The notes: generated from the letters alone by a model not told the origin. 64,000 nucleotides of DNA from Eledone cirrhosa (GCA_964016885.1 OZ024748.1:22878001-22942000); one strand, 5' to 3'; positions 1-13,486 are shown, numbered from the stretch's first letter. Made by a program: numbers and translations.

Positions 1-306
1 CCCCACCACGACAGCCACCGTCATTGGATCACATCTGTTCTGCTGACACCCATCCCACCCCACCACAACAGTCACCGTCATTGGATCAGCTCACGTCTGT
101 TACACAATTGATTTTTGTTGGCCGATCATTCTTAAAACTAGCAACGAGATGCAGAGGTTACCATGGCAATCAGCCTGTTGCAATGGAATCTGCAGTATTA
201 CAGTTGCTTCTGTTTACTGCATCAAACTCTCCTACTGCATCTACTGGTTAACATGGCAGCTGTACTGCCATCTTTTGCAGCAGTAAAGTTACTTCCATTC
301 ATCAAC

Positions 307-705
<399 letters not shown>

Positions 706-750
706 TATGGTTGATGAATGGAAGTAACTTTACTGCTGCAAAAGATGGCA

Positions 751-820
<70 letters not shown>

Positions 821-1142
821 ATATATATATATATATATACATATATGTACATGTTTGTATGTATGTACATGTGTGTGTATGCATATACACACACAGACAC
901 ACATATAAATGTGTATCTGTGTGTGTATATGCACACACGCACACACATACACAGACACACCCACACACACAGACACCCCCTCTCCACACACATTGTTTCA
1001 TTCAGAACATCGTTGGTTTACAGATTCCAATGAAAGTAATCTCTATATTCAGAGGTTAGAGTGTGTAATGTACTCTGTGATAGTTTATGTAGAATTACTT
1101 CCCTTTCGACTCTTTAAGAATTGAAACGAATTAATTCTGTTA

Positions 1143-1206
1143 TATCTATCAATTTATCTATCTATATATCTATCTATCTATCCATCTATCTATCTATCTA
1201 TATATG

Positions 1207-1258
<52 letters not shown>

Positions 1259-1275
1259 CATCTATCTATCTATCT
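1143..1275. repeat. (ATCT)n microsatellite, 5' flank of the Tx1 element
   Basis: Direct reading. Confidence 0.95.
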
Positions 1276-1477
1276 TGATAGAGTAAGACACGCTTCACAT
1301 CGGCTCCGCTATTCCATCGGGATTTACCCTTACTATTGTAAGTACCGGATAAATTTTTCAGTGCAACACATTTGGAACACTAACCCCTGTTATTTAGGGA
1401 AACATTTTTGCATTTACCCCCTTTTTAGGGGGTAAAATAAATATCTATTTTTGCCGAAAAATTTCTTTCTTGGCAGC

Positions 1478-3316
1478 ATGGCGGAAAAGATGGCAGACAT
1501 GTCTGCCATTAGCTCTGCCACGCCCCCCAAGTCTGAAGAACAAAAAATAATTACAACAAAATTAGACAATGAAACAAACAAAGAAAATGAAAAAACAAAT
1601 GTTAAGGAAAATGAGCAAACGGAAAACAAACAAACAGAAAATAATACAAATAACAACAGGGCAACTTTCGCCCAGAAAACAAAACAATCCATTACATACA
1701 CACCAATTGACCTAACTGCCGCCAGAGAAAAACTGGCCGAAGCAAAGAAACACATTGTTTTGGGGGAGAACGGAATGTTTTCCATTAACTCCCCCCCAGA
1801 ATTCAAGAAAGAAAGAACAGAGAACACAGTTCTCTTCAGAACTATACTGAACCAGACAAGAAAGCCAGCACAGCCCAGCCAAATGGAAATAGAGTTAGTC
1901 CTAAAAGACTATATGAAGAATATTCTCTTCATACGAAAGGACCGACTCTATGGCAGCATTTCGGTCCTAACAAGAGACAAGGAAACGGCGGAGAAGCTTT
2001 CCCTAAGCCCACTCTCATCGACAACATACAGCTTCTATCCCTCCTACATGGGTAGAAGAACACAGAGAGTAAAAGTAAAAACAATGTTGCCCACAATGGA
2101 CTTCTGGTGGGCTATTGCTGGCTTCATAGACATGGGCGAAGACACAATGCTGTCAATGGGGAAGGCAACTGGAGATGCGTTCCTGGGAATGGGCCTCGAC
2201 ATACTAGTCCAAATGAGGCCCGAAAGAATAGCACAAATCCCGGATCGCATCTGGCTGGATGACCTTACCTCAATAGACATAATTGTAGAGGGGAGAAGAC
2301 CAGCATGCTATTTATGCATGGAAAGGGGACACGTTAAGGCTAACTGCCCGAAACGTATCCCCCAAAAAGGACTATTGCCCACACCCACCACAAACAGTAC
2401 ACCAACACCACCCACCTCCAAAAATACACTAATACCACACACAGCAAACAAAATACAGACACCACCAACCACAAACACAACACAAACATCACCACCACCA
2501 GCACCAAACACAAGCACGACACAAAAATCACCACCACCAACCACAACACAAACATCACCACCACCATCACCAACCACAAGCACGACACAAACATTACCAC
2601 CACCACCACAAAACCCATTCCAAACAAATAATAAAAAAAACAGTAACAAATCTACCCCTCCCGCAAAAAAAAACAACCACACAACACGTCCCTCCCACCT
2701 AGCGCTGAAGAGTTTCCCCCAACTTCTGAAGAAGAAGCAGGAGAAGCCTTCAGACAAGTTAAAAGAAAAAAAAGAAAACACACACCCAGCACACCACAAA
2801 TAACCCACGCACAAACACCAACTCCAATCAAAAACACACCACCCTCAACAAACAAAAATAAATCTGCGCCTCCCCTCTCCGAAACATTGACAGCATCACA
2901 AAAAAAGACGTTGCAATACACATATATAAATAAAGAAAACAAAAAACTGGTTAAATTAATAAACAATAACCCTATGGTGCAGACCGAAGGGCCAAACTTT
3001 ATCTCAACAGAGAACTTCACCCATTTAAAAATGATAAAGGTCCCTCTGGACCTTTATCGTTCCTTAAAAGAACAATTTAGACGGGACGTGAGCCCCCCCC
3101 CCCCCCTGTTTAAAACCGTTGAATCGCATCCTCTTGAAAGATTTCCCCATAACCGCCCCTCTCCCTGACACAACTCCAAATACCCCAACCCCACCACACA
3201 CGTGTACCCCCACACCACCACAAAACATCCCTCCACCCAACACACTTGATGCCATGGAAATTACGCAACCCGGAGAGGTAAGTGCTTTTCTTTCTTCACT
3301 TTCAACACCAAAATAG
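1478..3316 (+). pseudogene. LINE ORF1 (gag-like, zinc knuckle, Pro/Thr-rich C-terminal half); open 1478-2803, probably frameshifted after that
   Basis: ATG at 1478 in gcagcATGg context; CYLCMERGHVKANC (CX2CX4HX4C) at 2306-2347; P/T-rich repeats; short ORFs 2887-3168 and 3119-3316 continue up to ORF2. Confidence 0.8.
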
Positions 3317-3321
3317 ATCAA

Positions 3322-6300
3322 TTGAGAGTTGGCTGTTTGAACGCGCGTGGCCTGGGCTCAGCTTGGAAGCAAGCAAAGCTTCTAAGTGACCTCAGGTCAC
3401 AAAGTATAGATGTGATGGTTGTTTGCGAGAGTCGGATCAGCAGCGTGAGACAGCTGGCGCCCGCCTTCGATGACTTTGAGATGCACGCATCTCTCTGTCA
3501 ACCCGGAGGCGGGGGGGGGGGGGGGGGAGTTGCCGTACTGCTGGATAAACGTCTGACTCTCGACGTACAGATTGTTCACTCGGACCCGGGGGGTCGATTA
3601 CTGGTGCTGGACGTCGGAGGCGGTGAAGGCGGGGCTTTCAGACTGGTCGGTCTTTATGCTCCCTTCGGGGCGGAAAGAGCCGACTTCTTCCAGCGTCTGG
3701 AGACTTTTCTAGGAACGTCGCGTTCCCTGCTTTTAGTGGGGGACTGGAATGGAATCCTAGATGCGCGTTGGGACTATGCAGGGGCATGTCCCGATAGAGG
3801 GGGGTGTAGCAGCCTCAAGGGGTTACTCGATCGATTCGACCTGGTCGATAGATTTCGACTAGATTGTCCAACTGCGCCAACCTGGACCTGGGCAAACCGC
3901 AGTGGACAATCTAGATCGTACCTAGATAGGTTTTTGGTTAGGAGTAAGGATAGGGACGTATTTAGTTGTCCAGAACTGATCATGGTTGGCTATTCAGATC
4001 AAAAATTAGTGACCTGCGTGGTCAACCTTGATAGAACGCATAGACAGGGTCCCGGTTACTGGAAGATGAACTTGTCCTTGCCGACAAAGAAAGATTACAG
4101 AAACCGGATTAGTAGCTTAGTTAAGATGCGGTTGACGGGAGCGATCGTCAACAGTAGGTGGTGGGTATCTCTAAAGAGAGAGATTAGAGTAAGTTCGATA
4201 GGTTACAGTAAGGAACTAGCGGCAAATAGAAATAGGAAGGAAAGGGAGTTAACAGATAAACTAGAAGAGGCGATTAGGAGCGGAGACGTAGCCAGAGTGT
4301 TAGCGGCGAGAACGGCGTTGAGCCAGTTCTTTGACGCGAAGCACGAAGGCTGCGTTGTCCGAAGTAAAATACGTGCTTTAGGAAACGAGGGGACCAAAGC
4401 TGTTAGCTGGGCCCGCGTGACAGAAGCCAAGAGTGGGATTAAATCCACCATTCGGTCTTTGCGAGACCAGGATGGACGGGTGATCCTTGAACCTGAGCGG
4501 ATGTGCGAGGCCTTTCAAAGGCACTTTGCTCGACTGTTCGGAGGGGGCGGGGGCCGGACGGGGATGTGGACTTCGGTCCATACTTCGACGGTCTACCGCG
4601 TCTTTCGAGCGGCGAAGCGGAGTGCTGCGAAAGGCCAATCACAGCCACTGAAATCGGGGAAGCGCTCAGCCAATGCAGCAGACGCAAATCTCCGGGTCTC
4701 GATGGTCTACCATACGAACTTTATTTAGCTATGCCGGTCTTGTTCTCCGAACTCCTCGAGGCTGTCTATTGCAACTGGCAACAGAACGGGAGAATTCCCT
4801 GTTCTGTGACCAAGGGCGTGGTCACGCTAGTGAGGAAGGACGAGAGCAAGGGGGACGACTTAAGTAACTTTAGGCCCATAACTCTGCTGAATGCAGAGTT
4901 ACAGATTTTGGCCAAGGTGTTGGCGAAGAGGTTGGCGCTTGTGGTGGGTGGTTTGGTGGGAGACGCGCAGATTGGATCAATCTAAGGCGTTCGATAGGGT
5001 CGACCATGGTTACCTGGATGCGGTGCTAGCGGCGGCGGGCTTCGGACCCGTTTTCAGGGGCTGGATTTCTGCCATGCACAGTGGCAACATCTACTCTAGG
5101 ATTAAAGTAAACGGCTACCTCTCGGAGCCGTTTCAAATCACCCGGTCCATCAGGCAGGGGTGCCCCCTCTCCTCCCTTCTGAACGTATTGACTCTCGAGC
5201 CACTGCTGCGGAAGTTGGAGTTGCTGCGGGGCATACCCCTGGAACCGGGATTGCACAAAGCGGTCTCGGCCTATGCCGACGACGTAACAGTAATGGTGGC
5301 GGACGCCTCGGAAATCGGGGCGATCGCCACCCTACTGGGGGAATACGAAAGGCTGACGGGGGCTAGGCTGAACCAGGACAAGTCAGTCGGTTTGCAACTC
5401 GGAACGTGGAGGGGCAAACCGATGCCGTTAGACGGTGTCGTCGGGCGGTGGACGGAGGGCCCGGTGAAGCTGCTCGGGGTCTGGTTCGGACCGGACCTCC
5501 AGGTGAAGAATTGGGGCGAGGTGACGAGCAGGGTGTTTGCGCTGACCCAGAAGTGGGCCAAGTGCAAACTATCACTGAAAGGTCGGGCGGAGGTGACGAA
5601 CGCTTACATAGCGTCCGTCATCTACTACCGCCTGACCGTCGTGCCTTGCCCCAAGGAAAAGCTCACCATCATGGAACGCATGCTCTTCCAGTTCCTCTGG
5701 AAGAAGCGGCCTCCCATGGTGAGGAGATCCATCTGCTGCCAGCACCCTTCGAAAGGAGGGCTGGGTATGCCGTGGCTGTTGATGCGTAGGCACGCATTGA
5801 GGCTACGGCATCTACAGGTATTCCTCAACGGTCAGCCGGTGTGGGCCCCGTTTGTGAGGCGAGCCTTCCCACAGCTCGTCTCGCTCACCGAACTGCAATC
5901 CTGGGTGAAGCAAAGACCGAGAAAACTGGGCAACTGGCACACCGAGTGTGCCCAGGCGCTCACAGCTATCTGGCAAGCGGACCCGACTATCAGTGGAGAA
6001 TCCACCTCGACATTCTATAGAGGGTTGGTGGCTAGCAAGGGCGACGACACCCTTGGAGAGTCGCTAGGCATGGAGGAGGACGAACTGGCCAGCCTGTTCG
6101 GTAGAACTTTCGGCCCGGGACCCATGGACAACTTCCAGAGGTCCCTAGCCTGGCAGTGTTACCGGGGGGCTCTGCCCGTTCGAGAAAAGCTCTACAGACA
6201 CGGGCGCCCGGGCAGGGATCCCGCGAAAAAGATCTGTCCCAGATGCGTGCGCGACGAGGAAACCGTTGCGCATTCACTGGTACACTGCCCGGGCGTTGCC

Positions 6301-6651
6301 GATCTGTGGGGCTACGTCGAACGACTGCTGTCGCGTGTGGCGCCGATTCGATTAACCGCCGAGTCTGTGTTGAACATCAAGCCGCCTCCTCCCTTCAGAA
6401 ATGAAGCAGAGGCGGTCTTTCTGTGCGTAATAGCCATGATGAAAGAGGTTGTGTGGTGGACGCGCCTGAAAGGTCTGAGGTCGGGTGACTTTCTCTCCGG
6501 CCATCACCTGGTTTACTTCTTCCGATACCACTTCGGAAGAAGGATCAGGATGGAGAGAGAAGTGCTTGGCCCCAGACAGTTTTATGAAAGGTGGGTGAAA
6601 GAAGCGAGAATGGCCCGTGTAAATGGGCCTTCTCTCTACATTGTTCTGTAG
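3322..6651 (+). pseudogene. LINE ORF2: APE endonuclease, reverse transcriptase, zinc finger; frameshift near 4550 and deletion/frameshift near 4970
   Basis: LNARGL, VCESR, LYAP, GDWN, SYLDRF, YSDQ (APE); KSPGLDGLP, FRPITLLN, LDQSKAFDRVDH, IRQGCPLS, YADD (5272-5283), KLLGV (RT); CPRC..ETVAHSLVHC. Split across ORFs 3322-4728, 4503-4985 and 4891-6651. Confidence 0.93.
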
Positions 6652-6882
6652 GTGAAGAAGTGAAGAGGAAAGGGGGAGCGCCTCCTCTCTGGGCTTCCCC
6701 CGCGAAAAGAGTTGCACACTTTTCGGGGGTATGTGCAATCCCCAACACGCCCCCTCCCTTTTGAGGACTTTTTATTGTTATATTATTATTGTTATTCCTT
6801 TTTTCTTTACTCGATTTATGTAAACTCCCCCACTGTGTAAATGTCCCCTTCTTTTGTGCCCTCGTGGCAAATAAATAGAAAT

Positions 6883-6920
<38 letters not shown>

Positions 6921-6921
<1 letters not shown>

Positions 6922-7204
6922 GCGAAAATGGCCCGAGTGATTGGGCCTTCTCTGTTTATAAGCCTGTAGGTTGAGGAAGAGAGCAAAAGGAAGAAAGGAG
7001 CACTTGCACAACACGCTCCTGGAGTTGAGGGTTGTTCTATCGACGGGGTATTAAACAACCCATTTGTGGCGCCTCCCCTCTATTGGGGATTTCGATTGTT
7101 GAAATTGTTTGTTTTTATATTTTTTACACGACTGTATGTAAAATCCCCGGCATGTCTTTGTATTGTCCCCTTTTCTTGTTGCGCCCTTGTGGCTAATAAA
7201 GAAA
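6921..7204 (+). mobile_element. 5'-truncated Tx1 relative (ORF2 end plus 3'UTR)
   Basis: agcgaaaatggcccgagtgattgggccttctc matches 6603-6634; ends ggctaataaagaaa followed by (ATCT)n. Confidence 0.85.
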
Positions 7205-7231
7205 TCTATCTATCTATATATCTATCTATCC

Positions 7232-7268
<37 letters not shown>

Positions 7269-7270
<2 letters not shown>

Positions 7271-8152
7271 CACTTCGTCATTCTATAGAGCGTTGGTTCG
7301 CAGCAAGTGCGACGACGCGCTCGGAGAAACTCTCGGCGTAGAAGAAGACGAACTGGCCAGTCTGTTCGGTAGGACCTTCCGCCCGGGACCGATGGACAAC
7401 TTCCAAAAGTCGGTTTGATCATGACGATGGACTCTACCGAGGAGCTCTACCAGTTCGAGAAAGCTCTACAGACATGGGTGCCCGGGCAGAGACCCTTCGA
7501 AAAAGATCTGTCCGAGATGCGTGCGAGACGAAGAAACCATCGCGCACGCATTCGTACACTGCCCGGGCGTTACTGACCTGTGGGGCTATGTAGAACGACC
7601 GGGTGGGACCAATACGGTTGACCACCGAGTCCAACGTCATGATCAAACCGCCACCCTCCTTCAAAAACGAAGGAGAGGCGGTTTTCCTTTGTGTGATAGC
7701 TATGGCAAAAGAGGTTGTATGGTGGACGAGGTTAAAAGGACTGAGGTCAGACACCTTTCTCCCCGGCCAACAACTGATTCTTTTTTCAAATATCACTTTG
7801 GAAGAAGAATCAGGATGGAGAGAGAGGTGCTGTACCCCAGCAAGTTTTATGTAAGGTGGGTGAAAGTGGCGAGAATGGCCCGAGTGAATGGGCCTTCTCT
7901 CTATATCAGCCTGTAGGTTGAGGAAAAAGAGGAAGAGAGGAAGGGGGTACTCACTCTTCGTACTCCTGGAGATGAGGGTTGCACATTTTTTCGGGGGTAT
8001 GTGTTACCCATATGTAATGTCACCCCCTATTGGGGAAAATCGATTAATTTTTAAATTGCATTTGTGATAGTATTTTAAACGTTTTTATTGTATGTAAACT
8101 TCCCCCTTTGTATTTGTCCCCTTCTTTTGTGCCCCTGTGGCTAATAAAGAAA
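7269..8152 (+). mobile_element. 5'-truncated Tx1 relative (~880 bp, frameshifted ORF2 C-terminus)
   Basis: Collinear with 6001-6881 (RDEETIAHAFVHC, EVVWWTRLKGLRS, ARMARVNGPSLY); ends ggctaataaagaaa. Confidence 0.92.
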
Positions 8153-8378
8153 CATATATATATATATATTAATAAAAGGAATTCCAGCTTTGTCTGATTT
8201 ACTCGTTTTATTTACAATCCTTTAAAATTATAATGATATTATAATGAAATAGTATGGTAGAATATTAAATGTTAAGTGTTAATTGAACGAGTACTTTTAT
8301 GCTTTCGCAATCTTCAGGTTCATATTCTGTGGTGACAGTCAAGTTTGTGTGTATGTGTGTGTGTGTGTGTGTGTGTGT

Positions 8379-9338
8379 ATCCCGGGTTCAATTGGAGGTA
8401 ACCACAGTAAGTAAGGTACTCAATACATCTATCTATCTAAGGCGGGTAAAATTCCCGAGATCCATGGACGAGTTCTCTCCAGCGGTCTCTGTCCCTCATT
8501 ATCGCTGCCATGTCCTGCGTCTTCAACAGACCAGTGTCTGTCCTTAGGGCATCAACATACGTTAACCTTGGTCTTCCTCTTCTAGTGTGTCCATGTAGGG
8601 GCTCCCAAAGGAGCACTGAGTGCAATGTCAACTCTGGATGTCGGTGAGCATGTGCAGCTAACCTCAGTCTCCTCTGTGTCACTTTTGAGCTGACTTTTGG
8701 GATGCTCCCATACAGCTCTGAGTTTTTCATCCTCAGTGTATACTGATTAATGTTCAGAGCCATCCTCAGCATTCTCGTGTAGCACCCATCCACCATCTGA
8801 GTGAGTTTTGGTGACAAATACAGTGGAGGCAGAGGATTTGATGCGGGAGGTTGAGACTGTGTCGATGAGTGTGGGGCCGAGAATGAATGAGACTAAAACA
8901 AAATATCTGGTAGAGAATGTTGAGAAGCCAGAGGGGATCACTAATGTAGGCGGGAAGCCGCTAGAATTGGTTGAGGGCTTCCTGTATTTGGGAGCAAAGA
9001 TTGGGAATACGGAAGATGATGTGGTTGAGAGGAAGAGCAAGGCCTGGGCGGCGTGCCACAGCTTGAGATCGGTGTGGAAGTCGGACCTTCGTAGAGACCT
9101 GAAAATACGCCTCTTCATTGCTGTAGTGGAGTCTGTGCTGCTGTATGGGTCTGAGACTTGGACACTGACCAAGAAACTCAATACATAGCAGAGTATATAC
9201 AATATTTAATATAGAAATGGCTTCTGCAGGATGATGATTTCCTTCGAATGAAACAGTTCTAGTCCTGTAGAAGCAATTTCTATATTAAATATATATTTTC
9301 TACAAGACTAGAACTGTTTCATTCGAAGGAAATCATCT
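8379..9338 (-). mobile_element. Family C fold-back element, interrupted by an RTE insertion
   Basis: 8379-8428 joined to 9187-9230 is the reverse complement of 44425-44520; hammerhead remnants at 9230-9274 (+) and 9299-9337 (-). Confidence 0.75.
8429..9175 (-). mobile_element. 5'-truncated, 5'-inverted RTE-clade LINE with an 11-bp TSD
   Basis: Minus strand 8810-8437 encodes ..MVDGCYTRMLR..GRPRLTYVD..DRDRWRELV and ends in an (AGAT)n tail. Plus strand 8808-9180 encodes the preceding RT part (FLYLG, LLYGSETWTLTKK). ACTCAATACAT at 8418-8428 and 9176-9186. Confidence 0.9.
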
Positions 9339-9354
9339 CACCCACGCGCGCGCG

Positions 9355-9442
<88 letters not shown>

Positions 9443-9675
9443 AATATATATTTGTGTGTGGGGGTGTATGTATAGGTATAGAGCCATCACTATAAATAAT
9501 AACTGAGAAGATTGGGTAAAATATCCACAGCGATGTAAAGATGGGGTTAGAAGCGCCTACGAGGAATCAAACCCATATCTATTGAATGAAGTGCAAGAAC
9601 GTTACCATTGTTCTAAGGGACGATTGTCAGCGTCTACCGTCCCCTTTTTAAGGAATAGGAATATTATATATATAT

Positions 9676-9707
<32 letters not shown>

Positions 9708-9967
9708 ATATATTATATATATATATATTATATATATATATATTATATATATATATATTATATATATATATTATATATATATATATATATTATATATATA
9801 TATATATTATATATATATATATTATATATATATATATTATATATATATATTATATATATATATATATATTATATATATATATATATTATATATATATAGT
9901 GCAAATTTAGACGGGAACAAAACAGAGAGGCAGACAAATGAAGGTTTATTAGGTTCACGCTCTTGAG

Positions 9968-9999
<32 letters not shown>

Positions 10000-10001
10000 C
10001 G

Positions 10002-10036
10002 GACGACGTTTCGGACATAAGCCTTTCTTCAGGATA
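10002..10036 (-). ncRNA. Degenerate minimal hammerhead motif near the 3' end of a probable Penelope-like remnant (~9899-10650)
   Basis: Minus strand: atc CTGAAGA aaggc ttat gtcc GAAA c GTC; stem I is weak; AATAAA downstream on the same strand. Confidence 0.45.
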
Positions 10037-10707
10037 AATAGGTTAGGAAGAGATTTCCGAGGGTGTGTGGAAATACATTTAGAAAAAAGGGGGAAGGAGA
10101 ACAAATAAAAATAAAAATAAACGTAAAAATAAACATCATAAGAATAAACAATAAGATGACCAAGTGGTGGAAGGGTGTGAGGCGTTAAAGGGTGGTGGCG
10201 GGTAGAGTTGGGCGAGGGAGGCGGGGGGGGGGGTCGAAGCGGGGAAGGCTGAGGGTGGTGTTTGTGTGTGTGTGTGTAGGTGTACGTGAGTGTGTGTATG
10301 TGTGTATGTGAGAAGAAGGACGAGGTTCCATGTTCAGGAAAAGGTGTGCGTGGGGTGGGGTGTAAGTCGGTGTGTGCGTGCGTGTAGATTCCGGAGGTTG
10401 AGTGTGTATATGTGAGGGTACGCACGTGTGTGTTTGTGTTTATATGTGGTGTGGATGTGGGTGGCGTGGTGCGAAAAAAAATGTGTGTATGTTCGTGGGT
10501 AAGTTCCTGAGGTAGTTCCATCGAGTGTGAGAAGAGATGATGGATATTGTCCATGTTATGGAGTGGATGGCTGGAGAGATGCCCGGTGGTGTAGAATCCA
10601 ATGTTGGTGGTGGTCGGAAGTGGAGGGAAGTGGGGGTGCGCGCGCAACTATATAAATATAACAGATTAAAGTTTAAGCCCTCTTCGGATTTTAGTCTTCA
10701 CGTTTAT

Positions 10708-10752
<45 letters not shown>

Positions 10753-11754
10753 GGTGTGTGTGTGTGCGCGTGTGCGTGTGTGTGTATGTGTGTGTGTGTG
10801 CGCGTGTAATTGCATATGCATACATTTATATGTATGAGTATATAAATATAAACGTATAAACAGACACACTTACAAAAATACATACTCACAGAAATACACA
10901 TACGTTTACACAAACACCCATACATACATTTATACACACACACATACGCATACACTCACACACAGCGTAGCAAAAGTCGCCAGCCGCTATTTTGCTATAG
11001 TTTTTTCACCAAAACCTTTACACATACATACTGTGTGACGGACGGACGGAAGTTGCTCAAATTTATATATATAGATGCTGTAAAGCTTCAATTTGAATGT
11101 CGTTAGATACAAACAAACTTTACGAATTAACGAAGCGCTGGAAGTGTTTGGAATTTGAAAATTTGTGAAAAGATGTGAGCGTCCCAAACACAGAACATAA
11201 CAGTAATAAATGTCGATTACTATAGATACTAGTTTAGAAAAGAAGGTTAAAGTTCACTAAACAGGGATAAAATAGATGAAAGAAGGGCATAGAGGGTAAA
11301 GATGGATAGAGATAGGGGAGGTAGGGGAAAAGGAGGAATTTGGACTAAAGAGGATAAAAAGGGCCGGAGTGTCAAAGAGGGTGAAACAGAGCGTAAGAGG
11401 GCGGAAGAAGCGGATATATGTATGTACGTATGTATGTACATATGTATGTATGTATGTATGTATGTATATATGTATGTATGTATATATGCATGTATGTATA
11501 AATGTATGTATGTATGTATATATGTATGTATGCACATATATATGTATGTATATACGTATGTATGTACGTACATATGTATGTATATATGTACCTATGTATG
11601 TATATACGTGTGTAAGTACGTATGTATGTATGTACATATGTATTTATATTTGTACGTAAGTATGTATGTATATATGTATGTATGTATGTACGTATGTATG
11701 TATGTATGTATGTATGTATGTATGTATGTATGTATGTATGTATGTATGTTATGT

Positions 11755-12356
11755 CAGGTCACCAGTTGGTGCTACTGGTAACATGTATCCCAGTACAACC
11801 TGTCTCATGGTCGAGTCGTTGGCGACTAAACTGGCAACCCCACCAAGGTTGCTTGGTGAGGAGGGTGACTTTGGACATCCTGCAGGACTAAAAACAAAAC
11901 CTGTCAAAGGGCAAAGGAGCTCTTAAGAGTCAATGGCCATCCAAAATCACCGGGAGAGATGACCCCTTAGCCTTTGTCAAGGCAGACTTCTAGGAGAAGG
12001 AAAACTCTGATATAACACCTGCAACCCTGATGGTATCCAATGATGTTCACTTGTTCTTCTTTTTGGTAAATATCATCTTGGTTAAGAGAGTGGGACTGAC
12101 TTTGTGCAGTGCCTTTCCTCACTATAAAAGCTTCACGGCACAGGCATTGCTTTATATCTGGAGATCTCTCTGCACTTGTCATCACATGGTACCATGCACC
12201 CAGCATTATGTGTCAATAATTGTCACAAGTGTAGCGTTTGTACCAGAGTTTTCAAGTCGCTGGCTGGACTAAAAATTCACACTCGTTCAGCGCATCGGTA
12301 GGGGTTCTCCTACATATAAAGTAGTGGCCGTACTCGAAAACGAGTTGGCAGCCACC
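11755..12356 (+). mobile_element. Unclassified ~600 bp interspersed element in (TATG)n, non-autonomous retroposon-like
   Basis: 11952-12356 is repeated with scattered mismatches at 12555-12963; diverged relative near 35160-35395; both copies end gccacc followed by (ATGT)n. Confidence 0.6.
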
Positions 12357-12554
12357 ATGTATGTATGTATGTATGTATGTATGTATGTATATATGTATAT
12401 ATGTACGTATGTATATATGTATGTACGTATTTATGTATATATGTATGTATATATGTACGTATGTATATATGTACGTATGTATATATGTATGTATGTATAT
12501 ATGTACGTATGTATGTATGTATGTACGTATGTATGTATATATGTATGTATCTCT

Positions 12555-12963
12555 GGGAGAGATGACCCCTTAACCTTTGTCAAGGCAGAATTCTAGGAGA
12601 AGGAAAACTCTGATATAACACCTGCAACCCTGATGGTGTCCAATGATGTTGAATTGTTCTTCTTTTTGGTAAATATTATCTTGGTTAAGAGAGTGGGACT
12701 GCCTTTGTGCAGTGCCTTTGCTCACTATAAAAGCTTCACGGCACAGGTATTGCTTTATATCTGGAGATCTCTCTGCACTTGTCGTCACATGGTACCATGG
12801 GCCCAGCACTATGTGTCAATAATTGTCACAAGTGTAGTGTTTGTACCAGCGTTTTCAAGTCGCTGGCTGGACTAAATAGTTACACTCGTTCAGCGCATCG
12901 GTAGGGGTTCTCCTACATGGATAAAAAGTAGTGGCCGTACTCGAAAACGAGTTGGCAGCCACC
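12555..12963 (+). mobile_element. 5'-truncated second copy of the 11755-12356 element
   Basis: Direct repeat of 11952-12356. Confidence 0.7.
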
Positions 12964-13199
12964 ATGTATGTATATATGTACGTATGTATATATATATGTA
13001 TATATGTATGCAAGTGTACCGCATGTGTATTAATGTATGCATATGGGCCTGTGTTGGCATATGAGTATGCCTGTGACAGTATCTATGAGTGCGTGTCTGT
13101 GCGCGTATATGTATATATATACACATTTTTTTTCAATAGATATCGAAATGAAGAGACCAGCTTTTCGCTCCTTTTTATTCCTTCTTTAATTTCTCATTC

Positions 13200-13240
13200 T
13201 ATTTTCTGACGAAGGACAAGCGTTCGAAATGTTAAGACAA
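13200..13240 (+). ncRNA. Degenerate minimal hammerhead motif
   Basis: CTGACGA(13206-13212) a ggac aagc gttc GAAA t GTT/TTA; stem I is poor. Confidence 0.4.
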
Positions 13241-13436
13241 GATATTTCTGTTTTTTCCGTATACTTTTCACACACACACACACATGCCTATGTATGAAAG
13301 TGTATGTATGTTTATGATATTACGTAACATCGATTATGCGTGTGAATCAGTAGGCATGTGAGAGTCTTCTCTGTATATACGCACACACATACACACACAC
13401 ACACGCACTCATATATATATATATATGTGTGTGTGT

Positions 13437-13486
<50 letters not shown>

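Larger units (their letters stand above)
1276..6881 (+). mobile_element. Near full-length Tx1/L1-clade non-LTR retrotransposon, disrupted
   Basis: 5'UTR, ORF1 with a CCHC knuckle, ORF2 with APE endonuclease, RT and a C-terminal zinc finger, 3'UTR ending aataaatagaaa; (ATCT)n on both sides. Confidence 0.93.
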
